A DNA stretch of 64,000 nucleotides from Takakia lepidozioides (taxonomy: Eukaryota; Plantae; Bryophyta): contig CM060732.1 in assembly GCA_030704615.1 (NCBI GenBank), positions 66,712,001 to 66,776,000 on the forward strand. The letters are read 5' to 3'. Position numbers and translations under genes: made by a program. Positions 12,215 through 26,700 of the stretch are shown in pieces. A model generated the notes under the pieces. That model saw nothing but the letters and a program-made list of their open reading frames with translations, was not told the DNA's origin and did not search any database. Every line of letters starts with the position of its first letter. Position 1 is the stretch's first letter.

Positions 12215-12637
12215 AAGAGTGAGAATGTACTCATAAGACGTTGTTTGCCATAGCCTTGTGGCCATCGACCCCGCACCCAGTTTGAGCGGAACACAAAGGG
12301 ACAGAAACTACCTTTGTCAGGGGCTGATGCAGGTAGCTTTGAAACAGACAGTTGAGTTTTCCAGATATCCTGTAGAAATCCCTTCACACAAACGTCAATC
12401 TGCTGTGTGTGATTTGCCCAATAACTAGACCCCAAAAGGGCCTGGGCTTTTGGCTCAGCCTCAAGATTTTCAATGTTGGTAAACAGAGGTACAGGAACAA
12501 TTCCCTTGTGGATTTGAAGACGGTCTCTCTGGTGAGAGTACCCAGGACAATGAATCAGAAAGTGGATATTGTCTTCAGGTTGCCCACACAACGGGCATTT
12601 GTACGACTAGAAACAAGTTCAGGGAAGTTTTCTGCCG
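12215..12637 (-). mobile_element. LINE 3' fragment (same family as 26915-29865)
   Basis: CGQPEDNIHFLIHCP zinc-knuckle. Nucleotide similarity to 29321-29352 and ~29490-29860; a (GA)n tract lies adjacent at ~12650. Confidence 0.88.
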
Positions 12638-13276
12638 TCATTATTAAAGTGAGAGAGAGAGAGAGAGAGAGGGAGAGAGAAAGTCAAACCGGTGCTTGCG
12701 TCAGTCTGTAGCCGTACATCTTGCTCTCAGTTCGGAAAGAAAGGAAGGAGCAAATCGACTCACTAATAATGCATGCCCTAGCTTTGTGGCCAATCCAGTG
12801 TAGCCAGGTATCCTTCATGATGGAGAAAATTCAACCAGATGTTCTGTCCTGGGGCTGGAAACTTTCTAGTACAGCTTTCTCTAGCTTGATTTCGCACGAC
12901 ATTTGGGTTCCAGTTCTGCTTATGTAGTGCTCATGTAGTGCAGGATTTAATGTCAGGGTTTATGGTGTTTGAAGGGTCAGCTCTGTGCAAAGCCGATACA
13001 CATGTACTAGAATTGTAGGGAGGCCACTTTTGTGGGTCATCCCTGAACCATAGGTAAGGTATTCAAGGTTACACTGAATGTTATAATATAATGACCGCGG
13101 TTAGTATAATGCAAAGAATTTGCAGCCAACCTTTTTTTAACTGCTCCTCTACTCACTCTGCCAATTATGAATGTCTGATCACTGGGGTTATGCATGCAGT
13201 ATTGGCAGTATGGACCTAACTTCTCATTATAAAGGAAGTGCAACGTACAGGTTGTGTGTGTTTTTGGAGCTTGCAG

Positions 13277-16200
13277 ATCAGATTCAGTCACTGGTGCAGC
13301 ATCAGGAGGGCTTGCTTCAGCAGCAATCTGAGCTCCAGGCCTTACTGACTTCTTGCAGGTATCTTCATCTGACCCACAATGATTGTCTGGAACCAGAGCT
13401 AAGTCTTCATAAGAAGGTGAATCGAGTGGAGCTAGGTGGGCACCTTTATGGGATGATTGTGTGAGATATTCTTAGTATTGGGTTGAATGTAAGCTTCAAT
13501 CCTTGCATTACCAATCATCACTTTGTGTAAGAAACTCACATGGTATAATTTTGGATCTTGTGTGAGTTTCTTTTTAGTCTAAGATTTGTAGTGGGGTTGC
13601 CACTAAGTGATTCCTGGGTTGTTTTATTAACTGCAGGGAGGTTGCTGCCAACGGTGACGATGGTACCTGTGCAGTAGTGTCTGGCTCCAGTAAGGAAGAT
13701 TGGACCCGCTCATTTGATTGGGATACTCATGCTGCCGATGTCCGTTTAAACCTCTTTGGTATTGCGTCATACCGTCCCAATCAGCGTGAGGTTGGTGGCC
13801 AATCTACATTCTGAGTTAGAAATCAAAGCCTGGGAAAGTGTTTTACATAGAATTCCTTTTTGCATTGAACGTTTCCTCTCCTTTTCTGGTAACGTCACAA
13901 CCATCGTCAGGGCTCTCAACCTCTGTTGGTAACCATTTTGCATTACCTCCTTGTGAATGTTGGCTGCTGGAGGTTATAATCCCAGTCATGGCTCCCAGAG
14001 ACAGTGGAACGTACCCATGCACATTGTTATAGGGAGAATAGGGCACTATGCAACGTTGACTATGTTGGTGCCGATGCGGATTATACCCTCGTGCCCAAGT
14101 AAATTCTACAGACATTATAAACAAGCCTTACCTTACTTACAGAGGTACCGAATTTAGGGGAAAGCATAGTGCTTAGGATGGGGAGAAGAGTCTATTCACC
14201 AGCGGTCCTCTCAAATTCAACAGCCAAGTGTTCCCTACGATCTCCAGGCCTTAACACCAAACCCCCAAGACAACCACAAAAACCATGTCAGGAAGGGCCT
14301 CGTTCGTCATCGAGGAACACTGGAAACACTTGGTCGTTGAATTCCGGTGGGTCCGCTACTGAATAAGCTGTTCTCCCCATCATATGCGCCATGCTTTCCC
14401 CTGATATCTTTGACCCCGTAAGTACTACGGAGTTTGTTCATTATGTCTTTGGAAATCTTTTTTGGCACGGGGGCCTCCGGATTCCCACCAACTGATATAC
14501 GAACCTGTACAAGCACACACAAGAGAAAAGGAAAGATCCTATTGTGCCTCTGGTCGTGCGAGAGCCATATAGATATGCGGATGATGATTCGGTTTCTGAT
14601 CATGACTCTCTTGAGAGGGGTCAATAGAGTGACATCGATGAGGACAATAGACAGGAGTTGGAGCTTGATGAGGAAGATGACCCTCCCGATGACGTCAAGG
14701 TCCAAAACTCTGCCCATAATTGCCATGGCAGTTGACGTTAGCTGACCACAATTGGCTTAAGGTTGACTCAGTGATGATTTGGGGGCCAACAATCATACAT
14801 GCAAACACACGGTTTATGTCTTGCTACTGTAGCTGAGTATCTCAACATACATGACGGACTTGAAGGTGGTTACACTCCTAGGTAGGTTTTAGTGAGGAAA
14901 GCATCTAAGCTGAAAAGTATGGATTGCTTTTCTCTAATTGGTATCTGTACACTCATCTTCTAATGAAAGTTGGTCTTAGAAAGTACTTCTTGAATCCGGT
15001 CATCTGATATTGTTTGACATGAAGTATGCTATTGTTTGTAAGATTATGGAATGCCCACTCTAGGTTCTTCTAACTCTGAAATCCTAACTACTTCATGGCA
15101 GAAGTTTTCATCCTCCTTCGTCATTTAGGTGCAATTTACAGTTGGATTCTGGGTCTTCTGGTGGGGACAGATTATTAATGCAGTGATGAGTGGGAGAGAT
15201 GTGATCGTCATAATGGCAGCGGGAGGTGGAAAGAGCCTTTGTTATCAACTGCCAGCCCTTTTACGGCCAGGCACTGCCCTTGTTGTCAGCCCTCTTCTGT
15301 CTCTTATTGAGGACCAGGTGATCTCACTCTTGAGTACATCCATTTTGTAGAACTACAATTCTTTGGATAAGACTTCTTACTCATCTCGCTTCTCTCACTG
15401 CCCATCTGGCATTTTTCCTCCTTTTCTGGGCCTGGTAAATCAACCCAATGAAATGATGCAGGTTATGGGCCTCAAAGCCTTAGGGATAGCATCAGGCATG
15501 CTGACATCGACGACAACAAAAGAGGAGGAGAAATCAATCTACCTAGCACTGGAGAAAGGGGGGGAGCTTCGCATTTTGTATGTGACGCCCGAAAAGATCG
15601 CTAAGAGCAAGCGCTTCGTGTCAAAGCTGGAAAAGTGCAACAGGGCTGGACGCCTCTCTCTCGTGGCGATTGATGTGAGTTATCAGGATTGTTCTTTGAG
15701 TCACGAGTTTTCTGTCACTTCAGCGAATTTCCTGTTTTGGTGGGAACCCTTCCTGTTCAGTATCCATTAAGCTACAAGTTCCACCTGCTATTATTGTTCG
15801 GTCTGTCTTCTGAATCTGCAGGAAGCCCACTGCTGCAGCCAGTGGGGACATGACTTTCGACCTGACTATAAGAACTTGGGCATCCTGAAGAAACAGTTCC
15901 CAAAAGTGCCCATGATTGCTTTGACTGTGAGTTGCCTGTCTTTTCAAACTTCTGGCCAAGTCCTTTAAGAACAGTCTTGGTGCATGGTGTATGCAAATGT
16001 TGGAGGAAGCTTGTCAAAGGCAGCCATGATATCTTTCTCCCTCCTTATGGCAAAGGTGCTGACGGATGATGGGCGGGTGTGCTAGGCTACTGCTACTGAG
16101 CGCGTGCAGACTGACCTACGGGAGATGCTCCAGATCTCTCGGTGCGCCAAGTTTGTTAGTAGTGTCAACCGCCCCAACCTCTTCTATGAGGTACCACTCT

Positions 16201-19200
16201 GTATAATCCATGTTGACAGACTTGAACTCCAGGATGGAGTGATCCGTGCCTGACAACCTTATCGTGGTGATTTTGGATTCAAAGGTTCTTCATTTTGTAC
16301 AAGCCTTGATCACTGAAGCCTTGATTGCATCAGTAGCTGATGAGATATCCTGCAGGTTCGCGAAAAGAAGGCAAATGCAAGTGGGGTTATCGACGACGTT
16401 GCTCAGTTTATAAAAGAGTACTACCCAGGAAATGAGTCGGGCATTGTCTATTGCTTCTCACGCCGCGAGTGTGAGCAGGTTCGGCATTCTGTAGCCCCTC
16501 GTTCTCATCAAGATGAGAAATGTAGCCTTGCAAACCATTTGTATCTTCTCCCTGTTGTACTTAACAGCTTCCAAAACCTTCTTTCACAATCAAGTGGTGA
16601 AGGTTTTGGTGTCCACTGGCATTATGCTTCAGAAATTGAGACAAGGTAATGAAATGAAAACAGTCTGGGGATGTAACTCTGATTGCATCAACTTGGCAGC
16701 GGATGGAATGACGTATGTAGGATCGGCCTTGTGTTGGAGTCTAGGTTGCAGGAGAGCTTCGAAACCGTGGAATCTCAGCTGCACACTACCATGCGGATAT
16801 GGGTGCAGCTTCAAGGTCTTCTGTCCATAGGCGGTATGTCTCACCTTCCCCATTCTGTATCAGGATATACCAGCCTTATACCTTTGCCACAAGACACGAC
16901 ATTCACCATAACAACATAGTGCTCACTGTGGCTGGATAATGAAAGTTGTCTCCTTAGCTCTGTTGTTGGTAGCGTCATTAAGTTTGTAGTTGTCCATTGC
17001 CAAACTAGCAAGCATGCAAGGGACACTATGATTGCCCTATATGCGTATGGTTGTCCGTATTTAACAAGAGAAACAGCATGTATCAATTCTTGAGAATTTC
17101 CTCATGATGTCAATCTTTGTAGATGGTTGTTCATCTAGTAAGCAATAAACCTGAAGTCTCTGTTCTTCATGCCATCTGATTGCTGACTTACCTTTTGGAA
17201 AAAGCCATTAGCTTCTATCATATGTGGTGCTTGAGCTTTTTGGAACTTTATGGTCAAGACTAGATAGGTCAGGGATTATCTCGGCAAAGATGACTTAGTC
17301 ATGAGTTGGGTGCTGGCGGTCTCTGCCAGATGGAGCACCAACAAGTTACAAGTCATCGTTGGCACGGTATGCCCGTCCCATGGATTGCTTCGTCTAATAA
17401 CAAACAAGACATCACTCCCACTGGAAGATGTTTAGAACAAATAATTGCCCAAACTTCTTGTGAATCTTGATCACTTGAGGTTCGTCCAGGGGACTTCGAA
17501 GGTCCCATGTCTGAACATCTTTTTATGGCAAATGGTACAGATTTGCATGCGTGCGTATGGATGTGCGTATGGAATGGTGTAGGTATCTTCATTTTCATGG
17601 ATGTGTACATATGCAGTGCATGTAGGTACTGCCGAATTGTAGGGTAAATAATATGGTATGTGATTAAAAAAGAAAGGGTAACACCTCTTTAATCTTTGTA
17701 GCAGTGTCTTGCTATTCAAGTATGTGCTTGGGGATATTTCCAGCTGTTTGTGGTTCTAATACACTGCTTGTTTGTTGTACGGTCCCTGTGACTGCATGCA
17801 GGTGGCATTTGGAATGGGCATCAACAAGCCAGATGGTGAGAACCTGCCTAGCTTACCCATCTGAATTAAGTGATAGTCAGCCACATGTTGGAGCCCTTTA
17901 TGGACAGAGATAAAAGATGTTTCTCTCATTTATATTGAGATGTTTCCGTTTCTTATTGCTTGCCTTTAGACGGCTTAAAGTTGGCCTCAATGCTTATGAA
18001 AGAGATGCACTTATTCAGCAACCCCTGCAGTGTTGGGTTTCACTTGTCCTGGAGGTCTTACTACCTGTGGGAGACTAACCTTCCAGAGCTGGTTGTGGGG
18101 TTTCCACTCACTAAGGTATGCGAAACTCATCCCAAAATTGCCACACTAATCACAATCTGGTTACAAGATTTGAGTAGTTGTATATGATAGTCACTATAGA
18201 CATTATGCTAGAACCCACAACATTTCTGTAGAACTAACCCATGATAGTGATGGCCTGCAGTGCGGTTTGTGATACATCACAGTCTGAGCAAGTCCTTGGA
18301 GACATACTACCAGGTATCATTCATAAACTATCTGGCTTCCATTCCTGTGCAGAGAGGAGGAGAGAAAGACAGGGAGATGGTGTATGAGATATCTTGGGGG
18401 TCATTGGTGCTGGTAGGAAAGTGGGCGTGCAGGCCGCGATGGACTCCCATCCCATTGTCTTCTCTTCTTCAGGCCTGCGGATCTCCCCCGACAGGTGAGG
18501 TTGTTAACATAAGCCCCAAGATGTTCAGATTGCTTCATTTTAGGGTGTTTTGAATATGTGGAAGATTTTCTGGATCAAGGCATGTACGTACTCACGATCT
18601 TTGTGTGTCTTCTCTATGTCTCTCTTTGATCGATGTGGGTGCCTAGCTCTCTGTGCCCACTTAAGAATCTGCATCCGCTCGTTATGTATCTGATGATGCT
18701 GGTTCTTAACATCTGTCTCATTGTGCGAGTGGTCAGAGTTCGATGGTGTTTGCGGAGGTTGCAGGTCTGCATAACCTCTATGCCATAGCCCGGTTTTGTC
18801 AGGTGTGTTGTACTGCTATTCAATCTCACACAACCTTGACGATGTGGATATCTCAACCGAATTTACAGCTAGGTGCATAGGAGGCCATCGGATGTTCAAA
18901 GATAATGTTGATTTCAGTCTTAGTGGGTCATTAGTAATTGACTATGACTTTGACATTTTTAGGCCAATTTGCTGCAACAATGTTTGCTTGTCAGGAAGAT
19001 CTGGGCGCCCCTAATTTCCATAGGATGCTAACCTTCCGTGAGCTATGAGTATGAAACTCAATATGGGTTTGAGTTACTAGGGAGTGAATTTGAATAAGAA
19101 AACTGGCATTGACAATATACTAGAGAACATGATCATGAATACCCCACTGAGAAGGTGATGAGAGAGAGCCAGAGAACTGGAGATTAGATACAAAAACATG

Positions 19201-22200
19201 TCAGAGTATCCCTCCAAGATTGCACTTCTAACAGAAATGATGTTTGGTGGGAAATGTTTCAGTCAAAGCGAGCATGTCGTCGTGCAGCCTTCTTCCGCCA
19301 CTTTGGAGAGCGAGTCCAAGATTGCAATAGTAATTTCTCTTCTACTATACTCACTGCCGACATGCTACCTGCGTCCATTTATTGTTTGTTGTCAGTGAGG
19401 ACATCAGCACTAGTGTCTCGTGTATCGGAAGAGAGTATGTTGAGGGGGAAGTGCTGCTTTAAGGAACTTAGTATATGTCATTCTTCAGGTCCAGACTTGT
19501 AACTATCATAACAAGGGCACAGGTGTGTCTTTGGAGGTATTCGCTTCATTCTTACAAATGCAACTCAAAGAACCAATTTTTCAACCTTATCATGGATGAG
19601 CTGACGCTTCTCAACATTATTATGGTAACTTTGAATTTTCTTCTTTCTCACAGGCATGTGTGACAACTGTGCTTTCTCCAAGGACATTGTGGACCTGGAC
19701 GTCACAGGTGAGTTCTTCAACTACTGCCTTGGAAATTATGCTTTATTTAAACTGCCTAATCTTTCCTTGGAAACAGGCATCAGAGATGAGGGGAATACAA
19801 ATACGGTGCGGTTTCAATTTGAGACAGATGTGGGACAGCAACATAGTATGCTTGCGGTCATAGAGCTCTGTGGCATGGACATTTTATAGGATAGAAGAGT
19901 GCATACTTTGATTATTAATGATGCTGTGAGACCTGTTGTCTTTATATTCAAAGGTCGAGGTCAACGAACTTAATGATTTTGCTCAGGATGGCCGAGATGG
20001 GGATTCTGTTGTGCGAGGGTTGACAAGGGGCATGCAGACGTAACTGAGAAAGTTTGCATGGGTCGTGGGAGGTATTCAGAGCATGCAAAGTCACTGGTGA
20101 AATTAGTGCAGGAGTCTGAAAGCAAAGATCAGAAGTCAACAATGTTGCAACTGGTGGATCTTTGGAGAAGCCGCTCTCGTGAACCGGGCAAGCCTCCTTG
20201 ACCGGTAGTATAGTCGAGGTCTTGGTTACCATAATCACTTTAGGACCTCGATCCAATTTAATAACCAAATAAGATGACAACATCTGGTGACACCATCTTT
20301 CAGTGCTTCCTTGTTCTCTTACCAATATCTCTTTAGAGGGGGTAGACTTTCTACCCGAGACAATGTCCCTGCCTGTGGCCATATGGACATAGACCATGGC
20401 TTTTGATATATGTGGATTTGGACTGAAAGTATTAGTAGCACTTAATCATTGGACTGGCTGCACCAAACAGCCAGTTGGTTGCATAATTTTGATCCGTCTT
20501 TCCTTCTTCAATACTCAATCTGGGGTGCACATGTTCACATTAAAATTGTTCACAGACACAGGGTGAAGGACTGGGGATTTTAAACTCACTTTTTTGCGAT
20601 TAAGTGGATGTAAGTGAGATAATTGCAGGTTCGGATTCCCAACTGGCAAAGGAGCTCAGTAAAGATGATGTGGAGCGCGTTATCACTCAACTTGTTCTGG
20701 ATGGGATTTTGGTAACAAACCACCCGAGTGATTGTAGGGTTTAGAGGGTGAATGGATGAATCCATAGGTAAAATGGACACTTGAGTTGAACTCATCTGCA
20801 GAGCCAAATTCAGTTATTAGAGCTGTCCCTTTGCTTGTTTTTGTTTTGTCCAAAGTGCATCTTGAATGTTGACTTTCTCTCTGTCCCAGTGCTGCTATGA
20901 TGTTGTCCACCATATTGTTCAGCACAATGTCAATGCCAGCTCTTAAACTGATCCCTCTATCCCCAGCTTGGAGAATGTTAGTATCTTGCAGGAAGCCCGG
21001 TAAGTACCACAAAGCAAAATCTTTGTGAAGACCTTCATTGATTACATATATCGTTGTTCCCTCACCGTTGTAATCTCTTATGTCAAATGTGAACGTGAAG
21101 GATGCCTGTTAATGAGTTACATTGATGTTGCAGAAAGAGGTGTTTGCACATACAGCATATGCCACCAATGCCTACATAGCACTGGGTACTTGGAGAGCCC
21201 TTCTCCATGGTAGGCCCTTTATGTTCATGATCCAAAAGTTTGCACCTTTGCTGGAAAGTGTGATTGATGTTTTCCAGGGATAGAAGCTTTTCTGGTTCAT
21301 GAGCAGGATGCCATCCCTCTCGCTCGCTTCCTTGTTACTAAATCCCAGTGAAGAGGGATAGGGAGAGAAAGAGGAAAAGGATCAGTGTCTCGCACAAGAT
21401 TTGAACCTTTGTGTTCACAGGAAGAAACAAAGAAACAAAAGACACCAACTGGGAATGTGGACATGTGTCAGGCCAACGGAATGTCAAGCTTGAGGTTGTG
21501 CAACAAGTGCACAGTGCAAAGAAGGGTGCAAGGGCCGCACAAAACGGATTGGGAATGGTGGATGGAAAGATACAATCGCCCATGGGGTGCATGCTTGACG
21601 ATTTGCGACAGCAACTGGCAGCTGCTCATGGTGGCATCTTCCCACACTCAGTACTCTCGTCGCAACACATTGCCTCGCTCTGTTCTTGCAAACCTATCTC
21701 CTTGAACCAGGTAAAGTCACGATATTGCCCTTCTGATTCAATCTTCTGCGTAGGCCAGTGTTGTCATTCAAGGTTCTTTGTTTTAAATAGAGCACAAATT
21801 GATGGAAGAAACAGTACCAGATCTCATGTAGATACTCGAATTTTGCTACAGCTGCAAAGCACACATTTTCTCTTTTGTTATTTGGTCATTTAAGGAGGAA
21901 ACACCCCAGATCCAACCTCTGTATCTCTGTTACACAAAGACACTACATTGGCTTGAAACACCAGTCCTGCACCTCTTCAGTGAAGTCAAGTATTGTGAAT
22001 GTCTAATGTGTACGTAAGTTGTTGGGGTAGGTGGAGGAGGTGATCGGAAAGAGGAAAGCAGAGCAATATGGCCATGAGATTCTAGTTTCAATCAGCGAAT
22101 ACCTAGCAAACAACCCAGACAGCCCTTTGCGAGCAGGTCCTTGGGTGACTCCTAAAGCCAAGGGCGTTCCTCTCACCTCATCAACCTCTGTTACTCCCAA

Positions 22201-22486
22201 AGCAACTTCCAGTCGGCTCCCTTTGAAGAAAGTGTCAAAACCCAGCAAGAAGACCCCACCAACAACAGGAAAACTTGAGGAACTTCGGAATGATTCAGCT
22301 AAAACTTCTTCCAAAACAGCTGGTAGAACCAGCTTATGTATTGATTTGGAAACCGATAGTGAGCCAGAAGAGAATGCTGCATCCTTCAAGGATGTCAAAG
22401 CTGATCATGATAGTGTTGAAGATGAGATTGAAGACGATGATGAAGATGATGACGACTTTGTCCTGTTCAAGAGAATAAAAAGGTGA
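13277..22486 (+). CDS. RECQL2: ATP-dependent DNA helicase RecQ2 (RECQL2/MED34-like), multi-exon; first coding exon not located
   Basis: Exons encode [15 protein letters not shown]...[88 protein letters not shown] Zn ([12 protein letters not shown]...CDNC) and HRDC ([22 protein letters not shown]). Stop at 22486. Confidence 0.93.
14290..14726 (-). pseudogene. Argonaute (AGO4/6-clade-like) N-domain fragment, antisense in a RecQ2 intron
   Basis: Exon from 14504 after ttgtacag: VRISV...[12 protein letters not shown]...[17 protein letters not shown], then a frameshift to [13 protein letters not shown], matching the AGO AYDGxKxLF...F.V.L motif. Confidence 0.75.
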
Positions 22487-23437
22487 CTGGTGGTTTAAAA
22501 AAATCGGCGGAGGAAGGAATGAGTAGAAAAAATTTCATGGCCAGCTGGTTGACGCCAAGGGAGATGGGCAAAAGGGATACATGCCTGGGGCCACAGTCGG
22601 CACAGAAAGGTCATCACATACTCCATCAGTTCTATTTAACTTTGAAAATGAGTTAAATCTGGGCTTCTATTTTGTCAGGCGAAATCCCATCTGCAAGTTT
22701 GTTTGTGGTGGCTTTCTGGGCTCAGTTGATTGATGGATTTAGGGCCGATTCTGATAAGAGGGAAAAACAGGGTGAAATGTGTTGAAGAATGCCTAGATTA
22801 GCAGTGCCTGAGTTTATCAATTGTGCCGCAGCTGCTGGGGCTTCCAGTTGACCATCTACCCATGCAGGTTTCTTGGAGATATCCTTCCACTGGGAATCAT
22901 AGGTCATCAGGAGCTTGAAATCCGGCCCTCTTGGATGAATCTGGACCCACACTCTATCCCTGCTCCTTCAGCTATCCATGCCTCTGCACAAATCATGCAT
23001 ACATCCTTGCCTTGCTGCTAGCCTAGAATTGATTGGTCCAGCAAACACCCCAACCCTACTTATCACACTAGTTCCAATGCTGACCTGCATCTGCTTCCAT
23101 CAGGCAGCATTCACCTTTTTGCCTCGATTGCCTCGATTGTTCCACCATTGACTGGGGTGGGACATGCATTCATTCCAGCGCTTCTCCTTGTCTCTGTTAT
23201 TGTTATCTGTTTTCCGATTCTTTCCTGTTTGCCACATTGGCAATAACATGTCAAAATCAGCTAACTTGCAGAATTCAAGATGAAAATTTAGGGACGACTC
23301 TGATGAGAGGCATCTCAGGGCCGAGTCTGGTGAGAGGCAAATCACGTGAAACCCCTCAGCTCTCAAGGATGCATCGTCATCCCTTCCCCGCGCCCCGCAA
23401 AGACATTTCGGGCATTTCGGGCAGTTTCCAAAGAAAT

Positions 23438-23500
23438 TGACGACGACGATGACGTGTTTATGATGACGTGACGACGAAACTTGACGATGATGACGTGGCA
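23438..23500 (+). promoter_or_regulatory. Cluster of six TGACG motifs, including TGACGTGGC, upstream of LPA1
   Basis: ttgacgacgacgatgacgtg...atgacgtgacgacg...ttgacgatgatgacgtggca, ~300 bp 5' of the LPA1 ATG. Confidence 0.4.
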
Positions 23501-23791
23501 CTATGGTAGCCTATATCTGCTCTACGCTAAACTAGGTTCCGACCTTCTGTCGTCGCTAGAATATACCCTGATATTAGCCACAGCTAGTAGTGGCTAGTTA
23601 GCCTCCGGTGCGGCCGGGGGCTTAATCTGATTGATGTAGATTAGTTGGAAAGCCTCGTCCATGTTCATGTTCGGCGTGAAGTGTGAAGTGAAAAAGAGGT
23701 TGAAAGTTTGGGTTGATGGATCTTCCCACGTTTTTTCTCTTTCTGTTCCTCTTCTCGCTCCCTACGCGTTGGGTTTTTCTCGGTAGGTGCA

Positions 23792-26700
23792 ATGCACGTC
23801 CTGGCCTCTGCAATCGGGCCATGGCTGCTCATCCGTCCTTCGCCATCATCGTCAACTGCAAGCTTAGTAGCTGCGCCTTACTCGGGCTCACAACAGTCAT
23901 GGAATTTGCAAGCAAGGAGGTCGGACTGTGGTGGCCACGGGTGGCGACGGAGACCAGGTTTGGTGCGTGTTTTGGCATCGGGAGGGGCAGAGTCAAGTAC
24001 AGCTTCTGCGGATGCAGCTGCTCCCACCACTGCCAAGGACGCAGTCAGTTTGGGGTTGTCTCTCTTCTCCAAAGGCAGGGTACATCATGGCATTGCTCTC
24101 CACTTTTCCTCGATGGATTGGCATCTGTACGCCAGAAGATGATTGAATGCTTTGGAACACTAGAACAAAAAAACCTGCGCATGATCTTCCCCATTCTATG
24201 TACTACACATCCCGCCACATTAGCAAAAACAAAAAGTTGTCATGTGCATGGCCCGTAATGTCATCTACCCCACTACTGCGCAGTCGCACAAGACTGTCGC
24301 CACTACTTCAATCAATCCCAATCGTCATCGATATTATCCGGCATTGACAAGTGAATGTACGCTGGTTGTTCATGGGGAACATAATATATCATCCCGGACC
24401 TCAGAGAAAGTTGTATGCCAACTTGACTATTTCTTGGATTTTGGATTGGCAATAGTGGACATATTTTGGTGAGAATCTACAAGTTGTCATGCATATATCA
24501 AAGGATGATTGGGCAGTGTACTGTATTACAAGTTTTTGTACCCTTGTTTCAGCAAACAATGGTGTCTAATTTTCGGTTTCGCTTATCAAATAGGTGAAGG
24601 ATGCATTGGTGCAATTCGATGCAGCACTGGAGATGAATCCTATGCCTGAGGAGGCTCAAGCTGCCCTGTATAATAAAGCCTGTTGCCATGCATTCAGGTT
24701 CGACCTGACCTTGTTTCTTTTTGAATTTCTTGCTCAATTAGGCAGGTTGTAGGCAATTGTAGTATTTTCTTCTGAAGCATAGGGACAGCTGCGTAAAGTC
24801 TTCATTTTGGGTGGAATGCAGGGAGGAAGGGGACAAAGCATCACAGGCATTAAGGCAGGCACTGAAGGAGTATGATCTGAAGTTCAGCATCATATTGAAT
24901 GACCCAGACATGACCTCCTTTCGAGCCATGCCTGAATTTAAGCAATTACAAGATGAGGTCATTTTTTCTGGATTCTGCAATGATTGTGTGTGTGTGTACA
25001 AGAGAGACAAACGGAGACATACTTTTATGGTCAGCGGAAAGCTCAAAGATCTTATGGGACTGAGCTTGTAACAAGAAGAGTGGGGCCGGAAGAGGTAATA
25101 ACACACAACAAACAGTGAAGCAACTAGAAACTGGAGAGAGAGACACAGAGAGAAAGAAAAAAGAAATTTCTTAGGTCCAGGGCCCAAGAAACATAAGTAG
25201 GACAACATAAGTGCAGAATGTCAATATGATGCCTATGGTCGAATTGTGATGTTCCTAACCATTTGTGGTTAATTCAGGCCAGAAAAGGTGGTCAAGAAGT
25301 GGGTGAGAGCTTCCGAAGGGATTTGAAGCTGATTAGTGAGGTGCAAGCTCCATTCCGGGTTTTACGGAAGTTTTTATATGCGGCTTTTACTGTAGCAGCA
25401 GGGCTATCGACTCTTTTCACATTGCCTCGGCTGTTTCTTGCTCTTCAAGGAGGAGAAGGGGCACCGGGCCTTTTCGGAATTGCTCAAAACTTGGCTATAA
25501 ATATTGGGGGTGAGTTTGCTGCCCTCTTGGCAGATATTACCTTGCAGATCTAAATCTGAGTTCATCGCTGGTTACCTTTCTGGCTTTTGAGATGGACCTA
25601 TCCTAAAAAATAGAATAAGGCCTGCTCAGAGATTGAAGGTGGTGTTCTCTGGCGACAGTGTATGGTTGCTAGGTACAGAATTATATGCAAAAGTAACTTG
25701 GAAGTGGGTACAGAATGGATTTGGGGAATGGAATTTGTGGAAGTATGTTGTAAGATTTTAGTTATTTGAGGAACTGAGCTTTCCTTTAATATTTGCCAAG
25801 GATTTGTGGGCAGAGAGAACATTTCTGACTTCATTGTAACTTACTCTTAGGGAATGGCATTCTCTCTACTGGGTGATCAAATTAGATAAATTGGCTGTCT
25901 CAGAGACTTGGAGGCAATGGGATAGTCTGCAAGCCTGTAGGATGAACTTTCCTCATGTTACAGGTAGTTGACTCTCAATTTTCACTGAGGAGAAAGAGAA
26001 GAAGCCTTTTCCTGTGGGTTGGAACATTTCCTTCCTCCTTTGTATCTCCCGCTGCAGAATTCTAACAGTAGAAAGAGGAAAAATCGGGATGGATTGGAGT
26101 AGATCAGGGCTTATTGACAGCAAGGATATGGCCTGCGAGTTTTTTTGCTCAATGTGCAATATTTGGTTCTATTCTGCCAGGTGTGGCGGTTTTTGTGGCC
26201 TTATACAGATGGGATAGTAAGAAAGAAGAGGAGCAAATAGCCAGAATATTAAGGGACGAAACACTGTCAAGATTGCCATTACGACTTTCAACCAACCGTG
26301 TGGTTGAGCTTGTGCAGCTACGTGAGAGCACTCGTCCAGTATGTCTTTTCCTCCATGATTGCAGTCCAAGCACACCAATTTTATTGTGTTGTAGAGGCCC
26401 TTGACTATTTCTTTCTGTCTATGCAGTCTTGCCACTGCAATGAACTCTCAAAGCAATGATACAAGGGCCTTGTAAATCAGGCAGATAAAAAGACAGCCTA
26501 GTATGGGACTATGAGAGAGTCACATCGCAGACATGACCTTGGAGTTTTTTCGAGGTTCCTATATAAGTGATGGAGATTGTGGTGTTTTGTTTTCAAAATA
26601 AAAGAGAAATGGATCATTGATTTTGAGACCCATGTTGGACATCCAGGTGATTGTAGCTGGTTCAAAAGAGACTGTTGCAAAGGCTCTCCAGCAAGCAGAT

